Assembly: GCA_963733035.1 (NCBI GenBank)
Contig: CAVTBU010000006.1
Coordinates: forward strand, 960,001 to 1,024,000
DNA length: 64,000 bases
Direction of reading: 5' to 3'
Source: Pirellulales bacterium
Lineage (GTDB): Bacteria; Planctomycetota; Planctomycetia; Pirellulales; PALSA-1355
The translations under genes and the position numbers were made by a program. Positions 1 through 10,879 of this stretch are shown piece by piece (position 1 is the first letter of the stretch; each line of letters starts with the position of its first letter). Below the pieces are notes generated by a model, which did not search any database, had not been told where the DNA came from, and was given only the letters and a program-made list of their open reading frames with translations.

Positions 1-777
1 CGTGAGGTGCTTGCGGTGGCGCGGCGAACCGTGCGTGTCATCTAAATACATGTCGCCCGGAATGGCGGCATCCAGCGCGCCGCGAACATCCGCCCTAGCG
101 ATTCCGGCCGGGAAACGAAACTGGTACGGGCGCAACGTGGAAGCGGTAACAGTCAAGAGGATATCACCATTGCCGGGGTCGTGTGTCCCAATCAACAGCG
201 CCTCGGACCGGCCCAGATGCGTCAGCGTAAATCTCCGGAACGCAAATGTCTTCTTCAGCGCGGCCTGCGGCAGAAAAATCGACCGGACAAGCTCGCCCGG
301 CCGCAGGATATTCTCGTTGTTGCCGGTGACGAACTCCACAGCCGGCACCTGGCGTTTGGTGCCGTCGCGGGACCATAACGTGCACACGCCTTCGAGTGCC
401 GTCGTCAGAGAAATCATCGGGCCCGCCGGCAACGACATGACCAGATTGCCTCCCACGGTGGCTTCATTCCAGATCTTGTAGGAGGCCAAAAACGACCGGC
501 AGCACATCGGAATCAACGGGGCCACCAACCATTGGGGCGGCGCCTCGAACCCGTTCAATTGAACCACGCGACAGGTCGCGGCGATTTCGAGACCGTCGGC
601 GGTGACCTTGAGAGGCTCCCAGCCAAACCCATCGATATCGATCAGAGTGTCGGTTTGAAGCTGCGGTTCCGAAAAGAGCCACGTTCCGCCGGCGAGCCAG
701 GCATGCCCGTCGGCCCAGGTTTTCACCTCTTCCGGACGATTCGGTCGCCGAACGGTCTTGATCGTGTGCAGGTCCAT
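1..777 (-). CDS. FAD-binding subunit of a xanthine/CO dehydrogenase-type molybdoenzyme (3' end runs off the window)
   Basis: Not in the ORF track. Manual translation from ATG 777 gives MDLHTIKTVRRP...AWLAGGTWLFSEPQ...KIWNEATVGGNLVMSLPAG, with the AGGT and ATVGGN FAD-binding motifs. Confidence 0.85.
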   Translation of the reverse strand, partial: MDLHTIKTVRRPNRPEEVKTWADGHAWLAGGTWLFSEPQLQTDTLIDIDGFGWEPLKVTADGLEIAATCRVVQLNGFEAPPQWLVAPLIPMCCRSFLASYKIWNEATVGGNLVMSLPAGPMISLTTALEGVCTLWSRDGTKRQVPAVEFVTGNNENILRPGELVRSIFLPQAALKKTFAFRRFTLTHLGRSEALLIGTHDPGNGDILLTVTASTLRPYQFRFPAGIARADVRGALDAAIPGDMYLDDTHGSPRHRKHLT

Positions 778-1229
778 AGTCAAAAGGACTCGTCAGACTC
801 CAAGGTCGAGTTCTTGGTATGGTAGACGGTTGGATCGCCGAACCCAAGCGGATCTTGACGCGACGTTCCGCGCCGCGTTGTTCCCCAACCAAGCTTCGCC
901 CCGGCGGCTCGTCACAGCCATCCTCAAGTCGGCGCTCTGCGGCCCTCCAGTCCCCGGGAAACGTAATTCGCATAGCCAGGATATATCGTCAACACACTCG
1001 TCGAGGCCCAGGGATTGCGGCCAGCACGGCAATCAGATGCACGAACAACAACTCCGGAGGCGATGAGTTCATCGCTTGTTATCTCAGGTCCTCGCAACCT
1101 GCCATCCCCTTCAAGAATAGCTCAATAGCCGTCCTGTCGCCCCGACCTAAGCTAGTTTGAGAGCTCTTCGGCGTTTGTCGCGGAGGGGTCTTCGGTGCGC
1201 CGGTGCGCGTTGGGGTGTCGCGGCAGCGG

Positions 1230-2101
1230 TCACTGGGCGGGCTGGTACATCTCGTCGGCGGGTGCCGGGGCGACGCCGAGTTCGGTGGCAACCGCGTCGA
1301 CTGCGTGCTGGGCGAGGTCGAGATCGACTCGACCATCGGAAGTGAAGTAGGGGCCGATATAGCGTTTGTAGTACCGCTCAACTTCATCGCGGTTCAGCCG
1401 GTCGAGGAACGAGGCGACGTAATCGACGGCCAACTGCGGTTGTTCGGCGATCGTGAACAGGGCTCGCCGGTTGGCCCGCACCAGCGCCTGCAGCGCCGGG
1501 TTATCGAGCGGGATACGAGCGGGATCCACGGCGATTCCCACGGTGGGGATCTGAAAGTGGTCGCCAACCCAGGACAACACCGAAAAGCCCTCCTCGCCGG
1601 CGACCTGTTCGGCGCCAAGGAGCTGCCCACGTAGGCCGCATCGATCGAACCGTCGCGAAGGCGCCGCAGATCCATCTGGTAGTCACCCGGAGCGCGTGCG
1701 ATGCACTCCAGGTCGCGATCGGGGTCGAGGCCGTGCTTGCGGAGCACGATCCGCGCGAAACAGCCCGGCGCCGTGCGGGGCGGGTGGACCGCCAGTCGGC
1801 GCCCGCGAAGATCGGCCATGGATTTCAGCTCGCCACGCCCGAGGAACCAGAACAGCGGACGATGGGTGTTGACGGCGAGCGCTTTCCATTGGATGCCGTC
1901 GGTCAGCCGCGACAGCAAAGCCCGGCCCAAGCCGATGGTTGCGCCACCGCGGAGGCGCTCGGTTTTCCACCGGATTCCGTCGCGGATGGCGACGTGGACA
2001 CCCTCCTCCTCGAAGTATCCCTGCTGATCGGCCACATAGGCGATGAGTTCTTCGTGGAGTCCACGCCCGACGTAGGTCAGATCGATCATGTGCATCTGCA
2101 C
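1230..2101 (-). CDS. NMT1/THI5/SsuA-like ABC substrate-binding protein (frameshift near 1611)
   Basis: ORFs 1394..2101 and 1230..1580 join into one protein (ADQQGYFEEEGVHV...SMADLRGRRLAV...LRDGSIDAA). One base is missing beside GGCGCC. Confidence 0.7.
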
Positions 2102-2149
2102 AATCGCCTTTCTCCGAATCTTGGGCAGCTGCGCTGGCTCTCGCCAGAT

Positions 2150-2893
2150 TCAGTCCATTGCCAGGCCGCCGTTGACCGGAAGGTAGTGACCAGTGGTGAA
2201 ACCGGAATCCTCACTTGCCAAGAAAGCCACGGTCTTGGCGACATCGTCGGGACGAGGCAGCCGCCGCATCGGCGTGGCCGCGGCCAACTCGTGCATCCGC
2301 TCGGCCGTGAATTGCCGGGTCACCCTTGTCCCCTCCACAGTAGCCGGTGCGACGAGATTGGCCGTGATCCCGTGCGGCGCGAGCTCCAAAGCGACGTACC
2401 GCACGAACTGGTCGAGGGCCGCTTTGGCGGTGCCCAGCGCGATCATCCCCTCACGTGCACGGCGCGACAGCCCGGTGCTCAGATAGATCAGCCGACCGTA
2501 GCCGCGCGAAATCATTCCGGGCACAACGGCCTTTGTTGTCAGGAACGCGGCATGCAGCTCGCTGTCCAGCTTGCCGCCCAGCTGCTCCCAGCTCAGCTCG
2601 GCGAACGAGGTGATGGCGAACGGAGTCATCGCGTTGTGCACGAGCACGTCGGTCCCTCCCCAGCGCTGACCGATTTGGTCGACCATCGCGGTGACGTCAT
2701 TCGGCACGGTGACGTCGGCTTTGATCGCCACGGCTTCGCCCCCGGCCGCGGCGATGGTTGCCACCACATCCTCGGCCTGCGGTGCGCTTGAGCGGTAGTT
2801 CACGACCACGCGGTAACCATGTTTGGCCAGCACCGCTGCGGTTGCCGCACCGATTCCGCGGCTGGCTCCGGTGATGAGCGCGACTCGTACCAT
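2150..2893 (-). CDS. Short-chain dehydrogenase/reductase (FabG-like fold)
   Basis: MVRVALITGASRGIG, ELAPHGITANLVAP and FTTGHYLPVNGG motifs. The catalytic YxxxK position reads LGTAK. Confidence 0.85.
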   Translation of the reverse strand: MVRVALITGASRGIGAATAAVLAKHGYRVVVNYRSSAPQAEDVVATIAAAGGEAVAIKADVTVPNDVTAMVDQIGQRWGGTDVLVHNAMTPFAITSFAELSWEQLGGKLDSELHAAFLTTKAVVPGMISRGYGRLIYLSTGLSRRAREGMIALGTAKAALDQFVRYVALELAPHGITANLVAPATVEGTRVTRQFTAERMHELAAATPMRRLPRPDDVAKTVAFLASEDSGFTTGHYLPVNGGLAMD

Positions 2894-3332
2894 CGTCCTT
2901 GCTTTCCGCTGGGGTTGTTCACTGTTCTGTCGAGGCGGACATTGCGCGTCGCCACGGCGTCGCCGAGCAATCGCCGTACCGTTTGGCATCGCACGCCTCC
3001 GCAAACGCGTTTGTGAATCCAGTGACCGACGACCGGGCGGAAAGGACTGGTCGGTCAGCAACCATTCTGGACGTCGCGCGTGCGGAATGACTGCTCGACT
3101 GGGCCAGCAGATTTAGGCAGCTTGTGCGATCCGTTCACGCCAAGCCTCGCACAGCAAGTGATGCTTCCGCACCGACGTGCATCGAAGCGGGGCGCACGCT
3201 TCGACGCTTGTATCCTCCGGATTGACAATCGGGCATCCGATTTGCGGTGCTGCCCGCCGAAATGTTCCGGATGCATTCATTCGGCCCGCAAGCAGCGCGG
3301 AAATACGCGGCGGCGTCGATCATCTCGCAACC

Positions 3333-3359
3333 TGTCACAAAACCCAGGTCGCGAGCGTC
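3333..3359 (+). promoter_or_regulatory. ECF41 (SigJ-type) sigma factor promoter
   Basis: TGTCACA (3333-3339), 16-nt spacer, CGTC (3356-3359). Matches the known ECF41 consensus and lies upstream of the cupin and NAD(P)-binding oxidoreductase/epimerase genes. Confidence 0.7.
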
Positions 3360-3426
3360 CTTGATATAGAAAGCCGGGGAAGCTGGTGCTCCGCAGAGTC
3401 CGCCGAACATCAAACGAGGAAGAATC

Positions 3427-3864
3427 ATGCTCCGCAGTTTACTCGTTCTGGCGTTTGGGGTCGGCGTTGGACTCGGCGGATTTGCGGCGGCAAACTGTTT
3501 TGAGAACGGTGAGTCCGTGAAGATCCGTGCCGCTCGCAACATCAAGGAGAAGTTGGACGGCAAGGGCGCGAAGGTGACGGTCGTCGAGGTGACCATCGAC
3601 CCGGGAAAGTCTGGCTTGCCTCATCGCCACCCGGGGCCGGCGTTCGTTTATGTGGTGGAAGGTGAATACGAGCTCGGAATCGATGACCAGCCGACGAAGT
3701 TTTTCAAAGCCGGCGAGACATTTTACGAGCCGACCGGTTGTCTACATCGGGTGTCGAAGAACCCGGCGGCCAAGGGCAAGACGCGCCTGATTGCGTTCGT
3801 GCTACATCCGCGCGACGCAAAGGAAATCGCGATCCCAGAGCACGCAACGGAACCGTGCCGGTGA
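3427..3864 (+). CDS. Cupin domain protein with signal peptide
   Basis: PHRHPGPAFVYVVEGE and GETFYEPTGCLH cupin motifs; hydrophobic N-terminus. Confidence 0.85.
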   Translation: MLRSLLVLAFGVGVGLGGFAAANCFENGESVKIRAARNIKEKLDGKGAKVTVVEVTIDPGKSGLPHRHPGPAFVYVVEGEYELGIDDQPTKFFKAGETFYEPTGCLHRVSKNPAAKGKTRLIAFVLHPRDAKEIAIPEHATEPCR

Positions 3865-3907
3865 TCAGGCGCGTCCTTCGGCACCACGACAAACCAAGAG
3901 GTTCACA

Positions 3908-4669
3908 ATGAAAATCGTAGTCATCGGCGGCACCGGGCTGATCGGAACCAAGCTCGTGCGTAAGCTACGGCAGCAAGGCCATGAAGTCGTGGCGGCGTCG
4001 CCCTCGTCGGGAGTCAACACCGTCACTGGCGAGGGACTGGCTGACGCGCTCGTGGGCGCGGAGGTCGTCGTCGACGTGGCAAACGCGCCGTCGTGGGAGG
4101 ACAAGGCGGTCATGGAGTTTTTCGAGACCGCAGGGCGCAACCTCCTGGCCGCGGAGGCGGCCGCCAATGTGCGGCATCACGTGGCACTGTCGGTCGTCGG
4201 CACCGACCGCCTGCTGGCGAGTGGGTACTTCCGCGCGAAGATGGCCCAGGAGGAACTGATCAAGGCTTCGGCGACGCCCTACACGATCGTCCGCTCGACG
4301 CAGTTCTTCGATTTCGTAGGGGGAATTGCCCAATCAGCAACGGACGGGCAAACCGTTCGGCTGCCGCCGGTCCTGATGCGGCCGATTGCTTCGGACGACG
4401 TTGCCGCGGTGCTGGCCGGTGTCGCAACGGCAAGACCGAAGAATGGCACGGTCGAAATTGCGGGCCCCGAATTGATCCGGATGGACGAACTGGTGCGGCG
4501 ATTCCTGGTCGCCAGCAAAGACACCCGCCAGGTGAGCACGGATCCAACAGCGCCGTATTACGGCATTCCGGTGAACGATCGAAGCCTGGTGCCTGGCAAA
4601 CGTCCGCGCGTCGGCCCGACGCGCTTCGCGGATTGGCTGGCTTCTCAGTCGCTGGCGGTGGCCCACTGA
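3908..4669 (+). CDS. NmrA-like/atypical SDR NAD(P)H-binding protein
   Basis: MKIVVIGGTGLIG Rossmann motif, GYFRAK, YTIVRSTQFF; GAGG RBS upstream. Confidence 0.85.
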   Translation: MKIVVIGGTGLIGTKLVRKLRQQGHEVVAASPSSGVNTVTGEGLADALVGAEVVVDVANAPSWEDKAVMEFFETAGRNLLAAEAAANVRHHVALSVVGTDRLLASGYFRAKMAQEELIKASATPYTIVRSTQFFDFVGGIAQSATDGQTVRLPPVLMRPIASDDVAAVLAGVATARPKNGTVEIAGPELIRMDELVRRFLVASKDTRQVSTDPTAPYYGIPVNDRSLVPGKRPRVGPTRFADWLASQSLAVAH

Positions 4670-4697
4670 GATCTTAAAAGTCGTTGTGTGTGGGCGC

Positions 4698-5828
4698 TTA
4701 AAAAAAGGCCTTGGTCTGCATTCGCGGGCGAAGACGGCGCGGCCGCGTCATCGCCAATCCGGCAAGTGCGATCAGGCATAGCGCCGCGCTCGACGGTTCG
4801 GGAACGAGCAGAGTCGGGCTGACCGCACCCGCCGTGAAACTGCCACCGTCCGTGACGATGTCATGGCCGGCGTATAGATTCCCATTGGCCTTACTGAGGC
4901 TGGTGAAATTGATGTCGCCGTTGGGCGCGTAGACCGTGCCCAACAGATTCGTGAATTGCACGGCAAAGTTCGCGTGGGTCTCCCAATAGATCTGGCTGGC
5001 GGCAATGCCCGGCACGCTATTGAATGCGGCGCCATTGAGCTTCATTTCTGCCGAGATCAGAAACACGTCGCCTGTGACAAAGATGTTTATCGGGCCCTGG
5101 GTGGTCTCAAAGTTGAACGTCACGAAGGAGCCCAGTGAGCGAATGTCGCTGAAGTAATAGTCTCCGGCGGAGAGGTAGACGGTGTTCGAGCCGATCATGG
5201 TCAGCTCACCGTAGCTGCCCGGCGAGAGCGTTCGCGTATCAAATAACGCCAGGTTGACATTCGTTGCGCCGGCGGAAAAGCTGTGTGAGCTGGGCAAGTC
5301 AACTGGCGTGAAGGCAGGGGGCGAAACCGGCGAAAAGGGAAAGGTCCCGGCTCCCACGGTTGCCGACAACCCCAGCGAGATCGAACCGCCGGCTTTGATG
5401 CTGCCGGTAACGTTCCCGTTCGAGACGACGTTGCCACCGGCCACGATGTTGCCGGCCACATTGGCGGTGGTATTCAGGCCGCCGCCTACGTTCAGGTTTC
5501 CGCCGATGCTGCCGGAAAACGTCATTAGCGCATTCCCGTTGATCGTCACGTCGCCGGTGGTGGTGACGGCACCGAAGTTGTCATAAATCGAGCCGCCAGC
5601 GCGCACGGATTTTGCCGTGGCTCCACTCAGGAACAGATCGCCATTGCTGCCGATGACGCCGGTGGGATCATTGAGCGAGCCGCTAATCGCCGTGATCGCA
5701 TGACCGGCAAAGACGTTGTAGCTGGCTATTGAATCGGCACGCGCGGCCGACGCCGCCATGGCCAAGACCACTAGCAGTGAGAGAGCGCACGTGCGACGCG
5801 GGGTTGTTGTACTGCCCATGTTGTTCAT
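4698..5828 (-). CDS. PEP-CTERM surface protein with beta-helix-like (ice-binding/choice-of-anchor-like) body
   Basis: Signal peptide ending ARA, Gly/Asn-rich repeats, GTVYAPNGDI, then C-terminal VPEPSS + TM helix + Arg cluster. Confidence 0.8.
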   Translation of the reverse strand: MNNMGSTTTPRRTCALSLLVVLAMAASAARADSIASYNVFAGHAITAISGSLNDPTGVIGSNGDLFLSGATAKSVRAGGSIYDNFGAVTTTGDVTINGNALMTFSGSIGGNLNVGGGLNTTANVAGNIVAGGNVVSNGNVTGSIKAGGSISLGLSATVGAGTFPFSPVSPPAFTPVDLPSSHSFSAGATNVNLALFDTRTLSPGSYGELTMIGSNTVYLSAGDYYFSDIRSLGSFVTFNFETTQGPINIFVTGDVFLISAEMKLNGAAFNSVPGIAASQIYWETHANFAVQFTNLLGTVYAPNGDINFTSLSKANGNLYAGHDIVTDGGSFTAGAVSPTLLVPEPSSAALCLIALAGLAMTRPRRLRPRMQTKAFF

Positions 5829-6467
5829 GAATCTCGAGCGTGGGGGGATATCAAAAGGACGATTTGACTGACGAACGAAAGTCGGCTCTGGCCAGGGCGC
5901 AAGCCGAGTTGCGGCTGCCATGGCGCGCAAAATCAGCCTTCAGGGAAGTCAGAGAAAGAATGAGAGGCGTCGGCGGCGGTAAAGAGGTAGCAATGCTACC
6001 GGCGGAATGCGTTTGCCTTTACCAGCCAAATTGCATGAGCGCTCGCCGCGACACCAGGAAGGAATGTTCCAGATTGCACCCTAGTATACTGACCGTCATC
6101 AACCGAATCAAGCACCAATGGGGGGCGAAGCGTGGTCGCTTGAGCGGTTCTGGCCCGCTCGTCAACACCCCGGCGCGGCTGCGGACCTGGCTTCAATCCT
6201 AAATGGCGGTGGTGCCCATTCTTGGTTCTTGAGACCACGATCCGCGGGCGAGAGGGCCGGTGCTGTTGTTTCGTGTGCCTCGGTGAACGGAGGCCTCGAC
6301 AATCAAGTCTCGTCGTCGGTCGATATGTTGCCGTTCTTGTCGCGTGGCGGCGGTGCGTGGAACGGATTGGCTTGCGCGGTTCGAGGGCTCGCATTTTCTG
6401 TTTCGGCCGAATCCATCGAGCGGATAAGATCGGGTATCCCAGGAATCGTACGAAAAATGCGCCGGCA

Positions 6468-7298
6468 ATGATTTACCATTCCCACACTCCCTCGCGGCTG
6501 GCCGACTTCGTCGAACGCTTCTGGCTGTGCCTGGATGTTCCCTTCGATCGACGCGTGCGGATTCTGCCGAGCGGCGCGATGGAGTTGGTGATCAACCTGT
6601 GCGAGGATGAGATTCGGGTTTTTGACTCCTCGCCATCCGAACGCTGCGCGCGGTATTCGGGGACCGTTGTCTCTGGTCCCTACACGGGATCGCTGATGAT
6701 CGACCCAATGCAGCGTTCGACGGTCATCGGCGTGCATTTCAAGCCCGGAGGAGCGTTCCCGTTCCTGAGTGCACCGTCCCACGAACTGGCGGACATGCAC
6801 CTCGACCTTGAAACCCTCTGGGGACGGACCGCCGCCGAATTGCGCGAGCGGCTGTGCGCGGCACGGACGGTTGGACAGCGGTTTTCGCTGCTGGAGGAGA
6901 CGCTTGTCTCGCGGCTACGAAACGGAACTGCGCGCGATGGCGCGGTAGCGATCGCCCTGGCGACGTTCGATCGAACGGACGGAAGAGCAAAGGTCCGCGA
7001 CGTAGCGCGCCACGTCGGGCTTTGCCAGCGGCGACTGATCCAGGTGTTTGCGGCCGAAGTCGGCCTGACGCCGAAAATGTACTGCCGCGTGCGACGGTTT
7101 CAAAAGGCCCGCGACCTCGTGCGCAACCTCGCGGCGCCGGACTGGGCTCACGTGGCAGTGGACTGCGGCTATTGCGACCAATCGCACCTGATCCGCGATT
7201 TCCAGGCACTCTCGGGCCTGAGTCCCCGAAATTACCTCTGCCAGTCGAGCGGCCAATTCGGGACGGTCTTTTCGAACCACATGCCGCAGGCCGGATAG
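6468..7298 (+). CDS. AraC-family transcriptional regulator (DUF6597-type N-terminus)
   Basis: RILPSGAMELVINL N-terminus; C-terminal HTH region FAAEVGLTPK...DCGYCDQSHLIRDF. Confidence 0.85.
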   Translation: MIYHSHTPSRLADFVERFWLCLDVPFDRRVRILPSGAMELVINLCEDEIRVFDSSPSERCARYSGTVVSGPYTGSLMIDPMQRSTVIGVHFKPGGAFPFLSAPSHELADMHLDLETLWGRTAAELRERLCAARTVGQRFSLLEETLVSRLRNGTARDGAVAIALATFDRTDGRAKVRDVARHVGLCQRRLIQVFAAEVGLTPKMYCRVRRFQKARDLVRNLAAPDWAHVAVDCGYCDQSHLIRDFQALSGLSPRNYLCQSSGQFGTVFSNHMPQAG

Positions 7299-7400
7299 GT
7301 CAATTTTGTCCAATACCGGCAGCTGCCGCGGTCGCAGAATGTGAAGGACCGGCGGGACGGCAGCGTCCCCATTTCAAAATCCAGACCAGGAGATACACCG

Positions 7401-7895
7401 ATGGTTAACTACTATCCTGTCGCCACCTGCGGCTTAATGACATTCGCACTCGCGGCTTTCCTAAACCCACAAGCGGCCGGCGGCGGCGATGCGGAAAAAG
7501 AAAAGCCGCCCGCTTTCCGCGCGGTGGCGATCCGGTATCAGGTCAAGGACGTTGACGCTTCGATCGCGTTCTACACCAAACACCTGGGCTTCCAAGTCGA
7601 GCGGCAATTTGGCGCAGGAGCGCCCTTCGGCAGCGTCTCGAACGGTCCGTACGTCGTGTGGCTCAGCGGTCCCGACAGCTCGGGCACTCGGCCACTGCCC
7701 GACGGTCGCAAGCAACAGCCCGGCGGTTGGAACCGACTTGCGCTGGAAGTCGACGATTTGCCAGCCTGCGTTGCGGCACTAAAGAAGGCGGGCTTGCGCT
7801 TCCGGAACGAAATCGTGGAAGGGCCGGGTGGCAAACAGATCCAGCTTGAAGATCCCGACGGCAACCCGGTGGAGTTGTTCGAGTCCGCCTTTTAG
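7401..7895 (+). CDS. VOC/glyoxalase family protein with signal peptide
   Basis: YQVKDVDASIAFYTKHLGF and QIQLEDPDGNPVELF; AGGAG RBS. Confidence 0.85.
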   Translation: MVNYYPVATCGLMTFALAAFLNPQAAGGGDAEKEKPPAFRAVAIRYQVKDVDASIAFYTKHLGFQVERQFGAGAPFGSVSNGPYVVWLSGPDSSGTRPLPDGRKQQPGGWNRLALEVDDLPACVAALKKAGLRFRNEIVEGPGGKQIQLEDPDGNPVELFESAF

Positions 7896-7955
7896 CGGTC
7901 GCGGCTTTGCCCCGCACATGGCGAGGTCGTAAGGATGCGATTGGCCTGGCCGATC

Positions 7956-8045
7956 ATCGGCTCCACAAGCGGCGCTCGCGCGTCGTGCCGTTTAACGGCT
8001 GAGGGGGTGAGCCTGCGCCATTTCCTGGTCGCTCGACCTCGATTT
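7956..8045. repeat. Intergenic ~85-90 bp element, copy A
   Basis: About 61 of 79 core positions identical to 12871-12961 by manual alignment, same orientation. Confidence 0.75.
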
Positions 8046-8373
8046 GTGGGGCGTTGGTGAAACATGACAGTTCGTCATGCGGCACGAACGCAGCCTCTCG
8101 TAGGCCGACAAGCGTCATCAGCTTGAGGTCTTCGCCGCCCGTGACTGCGGTCGGAGGCCGCGCGTTGCGACAGTTCCGTTGTGCGGGCGGACGATCCAGC
8201 CGACACGACTTGGAAGAATTCCCAGAATGCGGCGTGTGTCACACCCCCCGCAGCTAGTATCGGCCGTCGGCAGCGTTTATACTTCTGTGCAGAGGCGCTG
8301 TAGCGGGTGGCGCACAGCTGAGCTGAATCGTTTGGCGACAACGATGGCCCAACTTGGCGTTGAGGAGGTTGGA

Positions 8374-9372
8374 ATGCTGATCTGTCGAGCCACGCGTTCC
8401 TTGGTCGCTGCCGCCGCATGCTCCGTCCATTGTTTGTTGCTGGGGGCCTCAGCCGTCACCGCCGTCTGGCCCTCTGACGCTGCCGCCGTCGGGTGGGACG
8501 GCGACGACTTTCTCATCGCCGGGGCCGGAACGGACACTATCGGCGTCTACGACAGCGACTTGACGTTTAAGGGCAACCTCGATGCGAGCTTCGACAGGGT
8601 CACCGGCCTCGACTTTGACGCTGCGGGCAACCTCGTGGCGGTGGGGCAGAATCAGCAAGTGCGGGTGTACCGAAGCGACGGCACGCTGCTCTCAAGTTTC
8701 ACCAACGCGGACCTGGGCGCTCCGTACGAACTGAAGGTCGGGCCAGCCTCCGTCGGCGGCAATTACTACGTCGGAACCCAGGATGCCAACGGGGGAACCG
8801 GCTTGCGGGAATTCAGTCCCGCAGGAGCGACGCTGCGGCAGTTCGCCAGTGGCGACTACGAGTCCGTGGCCGTGTTGCCTGACAATGTGCTTTGGGGTGG
8901 CGGCTCTTTGAGCGTGAGTGGGATCCACGCGTTCGACCTGATCTCCGGCAACCCCACCGCGACGCTGCCGATCTCCACCGTCGTGACGATGTCCTACAGC
9001 CCCGTCACCGACACGGTGCTGCTGGGCCAAAATAGCGGTTCTGGAATTGTCGAATGGCAGACCGACGGCACCTTGCTCGACTCCTTCAGCGCAGCCGGCT
9101 TCCTGGCCCGCGGCGTGACCCGCGGCCCCGGCGGTGAAGTGTTCGCCACGAGCCAGTTTGACAATGGCGTCTATCACTGGCACGCCGACGGCACTTTCGT
9201 CGGATTCACCGACCTCTCGACTAGCATCGTCGGCACGCGAAACATTGTCTGGACCGGCAACGCCATCCCCGAACCGAGCACCGCCGCACTACTGGCGCTG
9301 GGCAGCCTAATGCTCCTATGGCGTCTGCCCCGCCAGGGAGCAGGAGCGTTTCTGTCCAGCTTACGGAGGTAA
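8374..9372 (+). CDS. PEP-CTERM protein with NHL/beta-propeller-like body
   Basis: GAGGAGG RBS, signal peptide, repeated G-x-x-x-D propeller-like units, C-terminal IPEPSTAALLALG + basic tail. Confidence 0.85.
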   Translation: MLICRATRSLVAAAACSVHCLLLGASAVTAVWPSDAAAVGWDGDDFLIAGAGTDTIGVYDSDLTFKGNLDASFDRVTGLDFDAAGNLVAVGQNQQVRVYRSDGTLLSSFTNADLGAPYELKVGPASVGGNYYVGTQDANGGTGLREFSPAGATLRQFASGDYESVAVLPDNVLWGGGSLSVSGIHAFDLISGNPTATLPISTVVTMSYSPVTDTVLLGQNSGSGIVEWQTDGTLLDSFSAAGFLARGVTRGPGGEVFATSQFDNGVYHWHADGTFVGFTDLSTSIVGTRNIVWTGNAIPEPSTAALLALGSLMLLWRLPRQGAGAFLSSLRR

Positions 9373-9453
9373 TGATGACGCTGTATTTGCCCTCCCTCCG
9401 ATTGGACATCGTAGGTCTTCGGACCTAACGTCGGTCACATCGACGAATGGCAC

Positions 9454-10874
9454 TTAGATGTTGATAAGGCCTTTGGCCATCAGGCGTTTGACTTCGGTGC
9501 GTGGCTTGGTCAGCCAGCCGTAGTGGTTGCGTCGGTGCTTTTTCACTCGGGGCTCGAAGCGGTCTGGCCGATCAGCGACTTGATGCGTGGCGACGGCGTC
9601 AAGCAATTGTTCGTAGATAGCCCTGCGGTGCGGTACGCTGCGTTCGCCTTGTAGAGCGATCAATGGCTGGAACGCCTCCAAGGTCTGAATCGTCCCCTTG
9701 AAGCTGATGGACCGCGGCTGAATATCGTGCCTGCTCGCTGCCTGCGCGATGATCGTGCGGATGAGGTTGTACGCCAGGATATGCGTCCAGATCTCTTTGC
9801 GCACCAGTTCGGGGGTCCTGCAGCGCAAGTCACGCATTTGCATCGTCGACTTGATGGAACGTAGATCGAGCTCATTGTTCCAACGAGCGCGGTACAGCAT
9901 CGCCAGATCCTCCTTGGTGGTTTGCCGCGGGTCCAGCAACGTCGTCACCACCACAATTGACTTGGTCCGGAACCCTGGTTGCGCAACTCGAATTCTCGCT
10001 TCTCGAACGGTGATGTATTCTGGGAGCGATTTGTAAGTGGTCCAGTCCAGAGAACGAATCGAGGTGGGCTTGAACCAGCGGACAAGGTGGTCACTATCGC
10101 CAAGGCGCTTTCCACGCCGAAAGTCCGATTTGCGATTGGCCTTGTTCAGGCGACTGACCAATTCAACGCCGCGTTGCTGGACCACAAAATGTTCGCCCAA
10201 TTGGCCATCAGGCGATCGGTGAGCAACACATCTCCGGGACAAAATGTGTCCCACAATCGGCGGAGCAAGCTGACTTCGCCCTCACCTTTGCCAGCGTACC
10301 GGCAGATTCCAAGATTGATGATCGCCCCGCATGATAGAGACGTGATGGCCCCGATCCGTGCAATCGGGAAGCCGAGCCCTGGCTTCTGATTGTAGACCTG
10401 TGGATAGGCTTGTTGATTCTCTGGAGTATCCGGCATGGTGACCGTCGTGCCATCGAACATGTAGACTCGCCGCCCTTTCCACAGCCAGCGGCGATCGGCT
10501 TTGGCCTCCAATGCGCGACCCACCAAGCAAGCCACCGTCGAGAAGAACTGTTCCGGTAACCGTTTTCTTGCCTGGCAGTACGCACCCGTTTCGGCTGAGC
10601 ACGGACTCTGTCCTTGCGACACACGATGCGCGATCAACCGGGCAACGGCCGCGCGGCACGACGCGTCGGCGCTCAGGACCTGGCCCAAGAAGACCCACAA
10701 CGTGACCAGCGGCGAATAGATCCTGTCGGTCCAGCACACGCCAACCGCTGTCAATGCTTGCGCGACAATTCCTTCAGAGTGCACATCACCGAATGGCAGG
10801 TCCCCGTCTTGAAGAAACTGCCGCCGCAGGAATCTCACCTGTTGCCGAAATCGTCCGCCGCTAGAATAGCGCAT
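9454..10874 (-). CDS. IS4-family DDE transposase (frameshift near 10185)
   Basis: ORFs 10146..10925 and 9454..10254 give FDGTTVTMPDT, LLTDR and the YRARWNNELDLRSIK (YREK-type) motif. GGAGG RBS before ATG 10874. Confidence 0.9.
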
Positions 10875-10879
10875 CCTTG

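Noticed and set aside
2..481. ORF-track 159-aa plus-strand ORF
   Set aside because: Antisense shadow of the minus-strand FAD-binding subunit gene. Most other overlapping ORFs in the track are similar GC-rich shadows.
780..1229. Possible purine or Moco riboswitch upstream of the molybdoenzyme subunit
   Set aside because: The gene context is suggestive, but I could not recognise any riboswitch consensus; an Rfam scan would be needed.
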